From a virus (Duplodnaviria > Caudoviricetes), in IMG/VR virus record IMGVR_UViG_3300044723_001885, positions 1 through 35,528 of that record: DNA of 35,528 nucleotides; one strand, 5' to 3'. Below are positions 8,936-17,853 of this stretch, piece by piece. The position numbers and the translations under genes are program-made. Numbering within the stretch: position 1 is the stretch's first letter; every line of letters begins with the position of its first letter. Under the pieces are notes generated by a model. The model did no database searches, was not told where the DNA came from, and was given only the letters and a program-made list of their open reading frames with translations.

Positions 8936-9739
8936 ATGGGTTTGAGTTTAAAGTCACTACTACCAATCGCAGGCGCAGCGGCGGGGTACTTCTTTGGTGG
9001 TCCTGCGGGTAGCGCGGCTATAAACGCGGCTCTCGGCTCTGGCATCGGCACATTAGCGGCTGGGGGAGACGCAAAAGATGCTGTGAAGAATGCTGTCTTG
9101 GCTGGTGGTTCTGGAGCTTTATTAGGTACGGCAGGTGTCCCCGGCGCAACTGCTGGAGCGGAAGCCGCTAAACAAAAAGTTTATCAAGATGCAGTGATGC
9201 GAGAAGCGGCTAAACAAACCGCAACCCAAGCCGCTACAACAGAAGCCGCTAAACAAGGCATCTTTGGCACAGGTATTACAGGTGGCGACATCTTCCTTGG
9301 CTCTTCTTTGCTAGGACTATTAGAAGAACCAGAAGATATCTCAGATGACTTTGATCCATCGAGCCTTGAATCTCGCCCTGATTACGAGGGTACACCTATA
9401 AGTGGATTATTTGTGGATCCAAAGACAGGGAAAGCGTATAATACGCTTGAAGAATTAGAAGCCGCTGTTCAAGAGCGACAAACCAACAATTTCGCAAATG
9501 GCGGGATTGCAGCACTTGCCGATAGCGTAGGCGGACTCATCGAGGGTCCAGGTACTGGAACATCTGATAGTATCAACGCAGGCATTTACCAAAACGGACA
9601 AAAAGTTCAAGAGGCAAAACTCTCTGATGAAGAGTTTGTCATGACGAAAAAGGCTGTTACAGGTGCTGGAAACGGCGACACCAAGTTAGGTGCCAAACGC
9701 ATGTACGCCTTGATGGATAAATTTGAAAGGATGGCGTAA
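8936..9739 (+). CDS. Internal virion / DNA ejection protein
   Basis: Gly/Ala-rich hydrophobic N-terminus; C-terminal GGLIEGPGTGTSDSI.A...LSDEEFV.T.KAV.GAG.G....GA..MY.LM motif. Confidence 0.6.
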   Translation: MGLSLKSLLPIAGAAAGYFFGGPAGSAAINAALGSGIGTLAAGGDAKDAVKNAVLAGGSGALLGTAGVPGATAGAEAAKQKVYQDAVMREAAKQTATQAATTEAAKQGIFGTGITGGDIFLGSSLLGLLEEPEDISDDFDPSSLESRPDYEGTPISGLFVDPKTGKAYNTLEELEAAVQERQTNNFANGGIAALADSVGGLIEGPGTGTSDSINAGIYQNGQKVQEAKLSDEEFVMTKKAVTGAGNGDTKLGAKRMYALMDKFERMA

Positions 9740-10620
9740 TGGCTGAAACAGTACGCACCGAAGCGGTTACGGTACTTCCTGAGTATCAAGAAACCTTCTT
9801 AAAAGATCTTTTAGCTAGCACCTCGACTCTTGCTAATCAGCCTACGGGGATTCCAGCATATCAAGTGGCAGGAATGACGCCGCTACAGCAACAGGCAATT
9901 CAGCTTGGGTCAGGAATCGGTGCATATCAACCAATGATGGAAGCGGGAGCCGCGACACTAGGACAGGGCGTCTCGCAACTTGCACCTGGTGCCTATCAGC
10001 AGTATATGGATCCTTATCTTGGTGAGGTTCTTGGTCAGAGCCTTCAGGATCTCCAGAGGCAGGCCGACATCGAGCGTCAGCGCATCGGCACATCGGCTAT
10101 TCAATCTGGTGCATTTGGCGGATCCCGTCAGGCAGTGGCGGAACAGGAACTTCAGCGTAACGTGGGGGATGCATTTGCAAAACAGTCCGCACAACTTCGC
10201 TCACAGGCATTCGAAAGCGCACAAAACCGTGCACAGCAGGCTGGTGAACTCTTCGGTAAACTGGGACTGCAACAGGCTGCAATGGGTGAAGCTGCACAGG
10301 CGGCACAGCAACGCGATGTGGGTATGCTGTCACAGCTCGGCGGCATGGAACAACAGCAACAGCAAGCTGAACTAGAAGCACAGCGTGCAACCAGTCTTGA
10401 GCGGCAGTTTGAGCCGTATCAGCGTATTGGATTTATGTCAGATATCTTCCGTGGCGTGCCGTCTACAACCAGCACTCTTACATCTGTAACTTCTCCGTCA
10501 CCTAGCAGGTTATCTCAAATTGGCGGTATCGGTATGGGTATCGCTGGGCTTCAGCAAGCTGGCGCATTTGGGCAAGGCGGTATATTTAGCGGACTTAACC
10601 CGTTCGGTGGAGGCGGCTGA
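9739..10620 (+). CDS. Internal virion / DNA ejection protein
   Basis: Q/A-rich helical protein with YMDPY and GAFGGSRQAV motifs; coupled to its neighbours. Confidence 0.65.
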   Translation: MAETVRTEAVTVLPEYQETFLKDLLASTSTLANQPTGIPAYQVAGMTPLQQQAIQLGSGIGAYQPMMEAGAATLGQGVSQLAPGAYQQYMDPYLGEVLGQSLQDLQRQADIERQRIGTSAIQSGAFGGSRQAVAEQELQRNVGDAFAKQSAQLRSQAFESAQNRAQQAGELFGKLGLQQAAMGEAAQAAQQRDVGMLSQLGGMEQQQQQAELEAQRATSLERQFEPYQRIGFMSDIFRGVPSTTSTLTSVTSPSPSRLSQIGGIGMGIAGLQQAGAFGQGGIFSGLNPFGGGG

Positions 10621-12683
10621 TGAGCGTAACTAACCGCAAGATGTTCAAGCGTAATGCTCGTGAGAAGTTAAATCAAAGTGCTGGCATTCAGAATTTTAAC
10701 CTTGGTGGATCAGTCACCACAAATTATATGCAAGCTATTCCACAATTAGGTCAGCAGGGTCAGGTTAAAACGCTTCAGAATATCTTTCAAGATAATCGTC
10801 TTCCTACAAATGTTCGTATTGCGGCCAGGGATATGCTTGGTCAAATCACGGCTCGTGCTAATACTCCACCACCCGTCCAAGGTATCAGAACACTATCAAC
10901 GCCAAGTTTTGACCCTACTCTAACGAGACGAGCGTATGATATGAACTTACAATCGCCTTCGCCTCGAATAAAACCATCTGGTATAGATGAACTAGCAACA
11001 GAGCCGTTTACAAACATTGCTTCTAGTGGCCCGTTGATGTCGCCAGATGACATGATGCTTCAGAGCCCAACTGGAGTTCCTAAACCCACCGATCAAGTGG
11101 ATCCTATATTGTTTACTGACGCTTTCGCCGACAATCGAGATCGAGATGAAACTTTTCTTCAATCCTTAAACATATTTGGTTTGTATGGACCGGAGGCGGC
11201 AATAGCAAAAGAACGCCAGATGCAAAAGTTAGATCCTGATATTCCTGGATTTAGAACCCCGAACCAAGAACCTCCGCAAGTTCCGTATTTTCCAGATCGT
11301 TCTCTTGGTCTTGGGCAGCCTATGCCTGATGAGTTGACAACAGAGCCGTTTACTAGTGCTGCCCGTGCGGATCGCGATGCTGGTATGCCTGATGAGTTGA
11401 CAACAGAACCATTTACCAATGTTGCTTCAGATGACGCAACGCTGTCCGAGCAAACTAATCCTGGCAGAACAGCCGCAGAAACCGCGATTGAAACTGTTGA
11501 AAACATGTCAACGGAAGATCCTGGTTCTGCTGTTAATGCCGTTGGGGACATCGTCAAAAACTTCTTGGAGAATGATGATCAAGAGTCTGCCTCCGACACC
11601 TTGCTTGCGGCACACGGTCAATTGGATCCTGACGAACCTTTGTCTACGGATGAGCGTATCGAGAAGATGCGTGAAACGATCCGTAAGTTTTATGGGAAAG
11701 ATCCTGGTGAAGAAAGACGCATTGATGGTCTGAACTTAGCCATGATGGGCTTTGCTATCGCTGGGGGTGATAGCCCACAAGCGTTGCAGAACATTGCTAA
11801 TGGTGCCTTGGCAGGTGTCAAGGCCATGAAGGAAGAAAAGCAACGCCGTCAGGATCGTGAAGACAAGATCACAGGTCTTGCTGTGTCAACCATCCTTGGT
11901 CGTGAAGAGAAAGAAGAAGATCGTACCTTCCGCAAGGAAATATTGGACATCTCCAACAAGCATGATCTGACAAAGTTTTCCTTACAGGACGCTTCAACAA
12001 TGAAACGGTTCACCACAGAGTTGAACTTTAGAGCCCTGATCAACGATCAGAACAATACTCTTCAACTTGAGTTGAAAAACAAGGACATAGATATTACCAA
12101 CGCTCGTATGCGAAACGACATGAACTCACTGATTATGCGGCTAGAATCGGCTGAAGGGATCGCATCGGACGACAGAAATTCAAGAGAAACTATCGCGCAG
12201 GCAGGTGAAGACTCTGCTTTAATCCGTTCTGTTATTGCTAACCTACCTGATGGATACGGGTTTGCAATGATCGAGGGTCAAAACAAAGGTCTTAAAGGCA
12301 ATGATTTGATTGAGTATGCAACAGAAAACGGCAAGAAGTTTGCCGCAGATACGCTGTTGACTGGGCCGGACAGCCTGAAACGGGCTGCTACGACCATCGT
12401 TCCTCAGATCATGAAAGAGCGAGGGCTCAGTTTTGATGAGGCTTCAAGGTCACTGTATAATGACCCATCGTTCCAAGGCATGTATGGTGATCAGATTACT
12501 TCGTTGAATATTCCTCTTGTTGAAGTTCAGGATGCAGGTGGTCCAACGGGGCAGAAATTAGTTGTCGGGACAATACTGAACTCAAACGGTGATCCTGTTA
12601 CTGGGATAGGTGACATAGGCAAAAACAAGAATTACCTGGTAGTAAAACAGGACGGCACACTAGAATTACGAAAGAACAAGTAA
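10620..12683 (+). CDS. Internal virion protein
   Basis: 687-aa ORF starting MSVTNRKMF; Pro-rich low-complexity N-half, helical C-half; sits among the ejection genes. Confidence 0.6.
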   Translation: MSVTNRKMFKRNAREKLNQSAGIQNFNLGGSVTTNYMQAIPQLGQQGQVKTLQNIFQDNRLPTNVRIAARDMLGQITARANTPPPVQGIRTLSTPSFDPTLTRRAYDMNLQSPSPRIKPSGIDELATEPFTNIASSGPLMSPDDMMLQSPTGVPKPTDQVDPILFTDAFADNRDRDETFLQSLNIFGLYGPEAAIAKERQMQKLDPDIPGFRTPNQEPPQVPYFPDRSLGLGQPMPDELTTEPFTSAARADRDAGMPDELTTEPFTNVASDDATLSEQTNPGRTAAETAIETVENMSTEDPGSAVNAVGDIVKNFLENDDQESASDTLLAAHGQLDPDEPLSTDERIEKMRETIRKFYGKDPGEERRIDGLNLAMMGFAIAGGDSPQALQNIANGALAGVKAMKEEKQRRQDREDKITGLAVSTILGREEKEEDRTFRKEILDISNKHDLTKFSLQDASTMKRFTTELNFRALINDQNNTLQLELKNKDIDITNARMRNDMNSLIMRLESAEGIASDDRNSRETIAQAGEDSALIRSVIANLPDGYGFAMIEGQNKGLKGNDLIEYATENGKKFAADTLLTGPDSLKRAATTIVPQIMKERGLSFDEASRSLYNDPSFQGMYGDQITSLNIPLVEVQDAGGPTGQKLVVGTILNSNGDPVTGIGDIGKNKNYLVVKQDGTLELRKNK

Positions 12684-12686
12684 GCC

Positions 12687-15600
12687 ATGGGACGCTTTGA
12701 TGTATCAAGCCTTATTGGTGAGTCGGAAGATCAGGACGAAACCGTCAAAAGCGCGGCGGCGGCTGTTGGGGCTGACGATGATTCCGAATACGAAGGTGCC
12801 CTCTGGGAACTTGGTGAAGGGATTGCTTCTGGTATAATCGGTATCGGCCAAGGGATCTTGGAACTTGGCGCATCTGGCATCGATCTGATAGCGGATACGG
12901 ACTACGCTTCTTCCGTTACAGAGGGGGCAGAGGCTCTTCGTGACACACTGGGCATCGATCCTGAAGGTCTTATTGGCAAGGGCGCGGAAGTTATTACGCA
13001 GTTTGTTGTCCCTGGTTTGGGTGCGGCAAGTGCCGTTAGCAAACTTTCTAAGGTCGGCAAGTTGCAGAAAGCATTGCAATCCGGCAGAGCCTCCGCACTT
13101 CCAGGTCAAGGAATTACCAAGGCAGAGAAGTTGGCTCTAGGCGCACAACAGGTAGCCGCCGCAGGTCTGGCAGACGCCGTTGTGGCAACGGATGGCACCA
13201 CTACAATCGCGGATTTCTTTGAAGGTGGTCCTACACAAACCGATAAAGAGATTGGTTTGAGCGGCAGGGAAGAGGCCACACGCCGACTCTTGAACAAGTT
13301 TAAAATTGGTGTCGAAGGTGCAGGTGCCACGGTCATTGCACCAGCGGCTCTTGGTATGACGGCAACCGTAGCAGGCAAGGGTGCGCAGGCCGTTGGTCTG
13401 GACAAGGCCGCTAGTTACGGCGCACGCAAAATCCTTGAAGGCGGTGGTAAAGTCAAGGATGTCCTCGATGATCTTGAGTATCAAAGAACCTTGGGCAAGG
13501 ACTTCACCGATGACGCAACCGGAATTGTAAGTACGGGAGTAGGTAAACTAAAGAACGCGGTTCCTGATGTCTTGGCCACTCTTCGTTATCGCGGTGTTCT
13601 TCCTTACGATATTGGTGAAACCCGCTCCTTGGTTCAGGCAAATGTTCAGGCTGAACTCAAAAATGCTACAGCGAGATTAAATCGCATTGAGGCGGGGCTC
13701 GACAAGGCAATTAAAGATCCAGGGGTTGAGACTGGTGATCTGGTCAAGCAAGACTATTTCAATAAGATCGAAGAGTTCCTGACCACGCCTTCCCCAAGAA
13801 GAAAGGTGGAGGCATTGAACTCTCTTCCGTCTTCTGTGCGGGACGATGTCGTTGGTATGCGGCGGCAGATCGATGATCTTAGTAAAGATGTTATGAACAG
13901 CGACTTTGTGAGAACGCTGGAGGGCAAGGTTGTTGGAGGTCAGGATGTTGCGGATACTATCCGTCAAACAATCAACAAGAACCTCAACTCTTATATGCGC
14001 CGCAAGTATCGCATGTTTGAAGATGCAAAATATAAACCCGATGAAGAAACCATTAATGCTGGTATCGCTGGGTTCAAGGCCAACAAACGCATGGCGGAAA
14101 AAGAACTCAAACATCTTCGTGACACGGGACAGATGGATGCAGCCCGTTTGGGGTTGGATGACAAGGGCAGAATTGTGGGTGAGGTTACGGACGCACAAGC
14201 CAAGATGGCTGTAGACAGTTTCCTTAATCGATTCAATGTGGCCAATAAAGGGAAACGAGCAAAAACATCTACTCGTGTTGCTGAAGATCGCTTGAAGACA
14301 GGAATGTTCTTGAAACGAGATCGGCTTCAAGACTTTCAGAAACGCTTGCTTGGTGAAATCAAAGATCCACAAGAGTCCTTTATTAGCACAATCGCTGACC
14401 TTGCGGAGTTCAAAGCCATCGATGATTTCTATGGCAAGATTCGAAATGATATCCCAGGAAGCGAAACACTACAAAAGATGTTCGTGAGCACAGAGAATAT
14501 GACGGACGCTGCAAAGCAGGGTTTGAAAGAAAGAGGCTATTATATTCTTGGTGAGCAAGGAGCGACCTCGAAAAAAATTAAGACGGCTGAAGACTTTGCC
14601 GAAGCGAAAGGCAAGTCAGGGTGGGGTTCTTTGCAAGGCTACGCTGTTCCTGAAGCAGTGTACAACCAACTCACAAAATCTGTGGGTGGCGGAATGCTTC
14701 CTGATTGGGTGAAATCCTCATACGGCGGCCTGCTTAAACTCAAAGGTATGAGCCAATACGCAAAGACTGTTCTATCACCTATCACTCAAATCAGAAACTT
14801 CACTACGGCTGCTTTATTTGCAACGGCACAAGGGAATGTTGGCCGTGGCGCAAATATCGGGGAGTCCGTTGCCCTTGTCCTTCGTGATATCGGGAGAAAA
14901 CCTACCGAGGAAATCGCCGCAGAACTGTCAGAGATGCAGCGTTTAGGGGTCATCGGCACGCAGGCAGAACTTCGAGAACTCCAAGATCTAATCCGTCAAG
15001 GGGCAGCATCAAAAGGCGGAAGCGTTTTTGTTGAAGGAGCAGAGATTAATCCTCGTCTTCGAAGTGAAGCCATGAAGAAACTAACGGATAACTATATTGC
15101 TAAACTGGCAGGTGCGGCCAATCAAACAGCCCAAGACCTTTACAAGGGCAGTGACGATGCGTGGAAGATGTATAACTTTAAGTTTGAGCAAAGCAAACTA
15201 AAGAATGCATTGCGTGGCTCATCCCCCGAAGAGCAATATCTTGCGCTTACTGGTCGGGCTGCTCCTGAAGGATCCGCTGTAACACCGCAATTAATTGACG
15301 ATCTAATTAAAGAAGAGTCTGCTCGTATCGTCCGTAATACGGTGCCGAACTACAACCTTGCACCTGAAGCAATCAAGACCTTGCGGAAGATGCCTATTGG
15401 TAACTTTATCACCTTCCCATACGAGATCATGCGTACAGGAACGAACACGATTACTAGAGGTATTCAGGAACTTGCTTCAACCAATCCTGAGATTCAAAAG
15501 ATTGGTATGCGCCGTTTGACAGGAGCGATGACTACATTTACAGCCGCTCCTATTGCCATGACAGAGTTGGGTTACATGGTAAGCGGTGTGACGGCGGAAG

Positions 15601-16835
15601 AGATGGATGCATATAAGCGTTCTGGTGCTCCTGAGTGGGAGCGCAACGCCAGGCTTATTCCTATCGGAAGAAACGATGACGGCAACATTGAGTACATCAA
15701 CTACAGTTACTCAAATCCATACGACTATCTGACACGCTTTGCGTCTGGCGCACTCAATGCGTTTGATACATCACAGCGCACAGGCGAACCTCTCAGCACC
15801 AACCTTCGCAAAGCATTGACTGAAGCCGTAGGCGAATTGGCTTCTCCGTTTACAGATCAGTCGATGATCGCGGAAGCATTGATCGATGTGCTCCCTGCCG
15901 AAACAGGGTTTGGTCGTGGCGGTAACCGCATAAGTGGCGCACGAGTATACAACCCAGAAGATGACGGCGTTACGCAAATGCAGAAGTCAGCGAACCATGT
16001 GATCAATGCGCTGTTGCCTGGCGGTCTTCCTGTGGATGTTCGTGGCGGTGAGTTTGAGCCAAGCCGATTCCTTCGTGGCGTAGCAGCAGCAGTAGATGCA
16101 GACGAAGGGTTTTTGGGAATCTCACCAAGAGATCGGTATGGTCGTGAACGCAATGTGAAAGAAGAGATGTCTCGTGCGCTCACGGGTGTCACGGTTCAAG
16201 AGGTAGATCCTGCCAGAACCCTTGAATACAAAGGTTTCGAGTTCCGTGAAGCACGACAGGACACATCTGGTATCTTCAACTCCGTTGCTCGGCGTCAGAA
16301 TGTAACATCCGATGATCTTCTGAATGCCTATGTGGATGCAAACGAAGCACGCTTCCGTGTGTTCAACGAGTTCCATCGGACGGTAGAAGACATGAGAACC
16401 ATGGGCATGAACGACAGGGATATTAAAAAGACCCTTGAAGATGCAGGTGTCGGTGGCGTCAACCGTTTGGTTCGTGGCGACTATGAACCACTTGAAGTCA
16501 GCAAGACCATCATTGATGAGATGCGCCGCAACGGCACGATCAATCTGTTGCCTCGTGGTGAGATCCGAGCCTATCAAGCAGAGCAAAAAGGCAGAGAGTT
16601 TGGTGATGTGGAAGAGGATGATTCTGGTCCCTTGGAAGCACCAACAGGTGGATTCAATGTCGCTCCACTACTACAACAGCAACAGTCTATGACATCTCCT
16701 CCGACTGTCGCACCTAGCACCACGGCTCCCGCAACTGGAACCACGGCCCCTGTTGCAAGGAGTTCAGGACGGTTTAATGTATCGCCGCTTTTGGTTCCTG
16801 ATCCTGCAACCAGAGCAACCTTTGGGATAGAGTAA
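12687..16835 (+). CDS. Large internal virion (ejection) protein
   Basis: 1382-aa ORF, last of the internal-protein block; KTVLSP.TQ.RNF and GNF..FP.EI.R motifs seen in podovirus large internal proteins. Confidence 0.65.
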   Translation: MGRFDVSSLIGESEDQDETVKSAAAAVGADDDSEYEGALWELGEGIASGIIGIGQGILELGASGIDLIADTDYASSVTEGAEALRDTLGIDPEGLIGKGAEVITQFVVPGLGAASAVSKLSKVGKLQKALQSGRASALPGQGITKAEKLALGAQQVAAAGLADAVVATDGTTTIADFFEGGPTQTDKEIGLSGREEATRRLLNKFKIGVEGAGATVIAPAALGMTATVAGKGAQAVGLDKAASYGARKILEGGGKVKDVLDDLEYQRTLGKDFTDDATGIVSTGVGKLKNAVPDVLATLRYRGVLPYDIGETRSLVQANVQAELKNATARLNRIEAGLDKAIKDPGVETGDLVKQDYFNKIEEFLTTPSPRRKVEALNSLPSSVRDDVVGMRRQIDDLSKDVMNSDFVRTLEGKVVGGQDVADTIRQTINKNLNSYMRRKYRMFEDAKYKPDEETINAGIAGFKANKRMAEKELKHLRDTGQMDAARLGLDDKGRIVGEVTDAQAKMAVDSFLNRFNVANKGKRAKTSTRVAEDRLKTGMFLKRDRLQDFQKRLLGEIKDPQESFISTIADLAEFKAIDDFYGKIRNDIPGSETLQKMFVSTENMTDAAKQGLKERGYYILGEQGATSKKIKTAEDFAEAKGKSGWGSLQGYAVPEAVYNQLTKSVGGGMLPDWVKSSYGGLLKLKGMSQYAKTVLSPITQIRNFTTAALFATAQGNVGRGANIGESVALVLRDIGRKPTEEIAAELSEMQRLGVIGTQAELRELQDLIRQGAASKGGSVFVEGAEINPRLRSEAMKKLTDNYIAKLAGAANQTAQDLYKGSDDAWKMYNFKFEQSKLKNALRGSSPEEQYLALTGRAAPEGSAVTPQLIDDLIKEESARIVRNTVPNYNLAPEAIKTLRKMPIGNFITFPYEIMRTGTNTITRGIQELASTNPEIQKIGMRRLTGAMTTFTAAPIAMTELGYMVSGVTAEEMDAYKRSGAPEWERNARLIPIGRNDDGNIEYINYSYSNPYDYLTRFASGALNAFDTSQRTGEPLSTNLRKALTEAVGELASPFTDQSMIAEALIDVLPAETGFGRGGNRISGARVYNPEDDGVTQMQKSANHVINALLPGGLPVDVRGGEFEPSRFLRGVAAAVDADEGFLGISPRDRYGRERNVKEEMSRALTGVTVQEVDPARTLEYKGFEFREARQDTSGIFNSVARRQNVTSDDLLNAYVDANEARFRVFNEFHRTVEDMRTMGMNDRDIKKTLEDAGVGGVNRLVRGDYEPLEVSKTIIDEMRRNGTINLLPRGEIRAYQAEQKGREFGDVEEDDSGPLEAPTGGFNVAPLLQQQQSMTSPPTVAPSTTAPATGTTAPVARSSGRFNVSPLLVPDPATRATFGIE

Positions 16836-17296
16836 TGGACGTAAACAAACTCAAAAAAGAACTTGCCCTTGATGAGGGCGTTAAGCACGAGATCTATCTT
16901 GATCATCTAGCCTACCCCACGTTTGGTATAGGGCATCTAATTAAGAAGGATGATCCTGAATATGGCAGTCCTGTCAAAACTCCTGTGTCAGAAGAACGTG
17001 TTGACGAGTGCTTCAAAGAGGACATCAAAGTCACGCTTGCTGACTGCCTGACGTTGTATGATGACTTCTATGAGCTTCCAGAAGAAGCCCAGCTAATCAT
17101 AGCCAACATGATGTTCAACATGGGTCTTCCTCGAATGAAGAAGTTTCGCGGGATGAAGCGCGGGGTTGATGCAAGAGACTGGAATAAAGCAGCCGATGAG
17201 ATGGTAGATTCGGCTTGGTATTCGCAGGTAGGTAAACGCAGCGAGAGATTAGTTAACCGTATGAGGGCATTAGCTGATAGCTCTAAGAATGCTTAG
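16835..17296 (+). CDS. Phage lysozyme / endolysin (T4-like, GH24)
   Basis: DEG....IYLD..AYPTFGIGHL (E-x8-D-x5-T catalytic pattern), NMMFNMG...M.KF, W..AADEM.DS.W..QVG.R..RL. Confidence 0.9.
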   Translation: MDVNKLKKELALDEGVKHEIYLDHLAYPTFGIGHLIKKDDPEYGSPVKTPVSEERVDECFKEDIKVTLADCLTLYDDFYELPEEAQLIIANMMFNMGLPRMKKFRGMKRGVDARDWNKAADEMVDSAWYSQVGKRSERLVNRMRALADSSKNA

Positions 17297-17699
17297 TGAA
17301 TTAGACACAGGCAAGATCGGCGAATATATCTGCGCTCTGCGTATGCTTAAATCTGGCATCTCGTGTCAGATCGCCAATTTCGAGGCTTTGGATATCATCG
17401 CTTACCATGAAAATAGGTTGATCCGCATTCAAGTCAAGTCCAGCACCCTAAAAAAGAATGGATCTGCACCACGAAACGGATATCAATTTAACCTTGGTGT
17501 TGGCGGGAAACAAAAGAGGGTGATGACCAGCGCAGATTGTGATGTCATAGCACTGGTCGCCATCGAACAAGAGCAAGTAATCTTTTACCCGCAAGATAGA
17601 CTTCCGCAAAAAACAAAACGCCTATCACCGAAACGATTTGACAATGATGGTGTCTGCCTTAGTTCTTGGAACAAGACTATGTCTCATCTGTTTGACTAG
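17289..17699 (+). CDS. PD-(D/E)XK endonuclease
   Basis: G.IGE helix, DII, RIQVKS motif, D...LV. Confidence 0.75.
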   Translation: MLSELDTGKIGEYICALRMLKSGISCQIANFEALDIIAYHENRLIRIQVKSSTLKKNGSAPRNGYQFNLGVGGKQKRVMTSADCDVIALVAIEQEQVIFYPQDRLPQKTKRLSPKRFDNDGVCLSSWNKTMSHLFD

Positions 17700-17853
17700 G
17701 ATCCCAACCCTCTGGGGCTGGGTGATACACGAGATGAAACGCTCCGCATTCTGGGCAACTCAAGTTCGACACGATAAAGTATGCGTCATCGTCATCGATG
17801 TCATGGTCGCCGCCCCAGATTACTTCGTGATTACAAAGAAAACAGTTAGCCAT
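17677..17853 (-). CDS. Small zinc-ribbon protein (58 aa; absent from the ORF track)
   Basis: MANCFLCNHEVIWGGDHDIDDDDAYFIVSNLSCPECGAFHLVYHP...; two CxxC pairs; TAATG coupling to the polymerase stop. Confidence 0.8.
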   Translation of the reverse strand: MANCFLCNHEVIWGGDHDIDDDDAYFIVSNLSCPECGAFHLVYHPAPEGWDPSQTDET

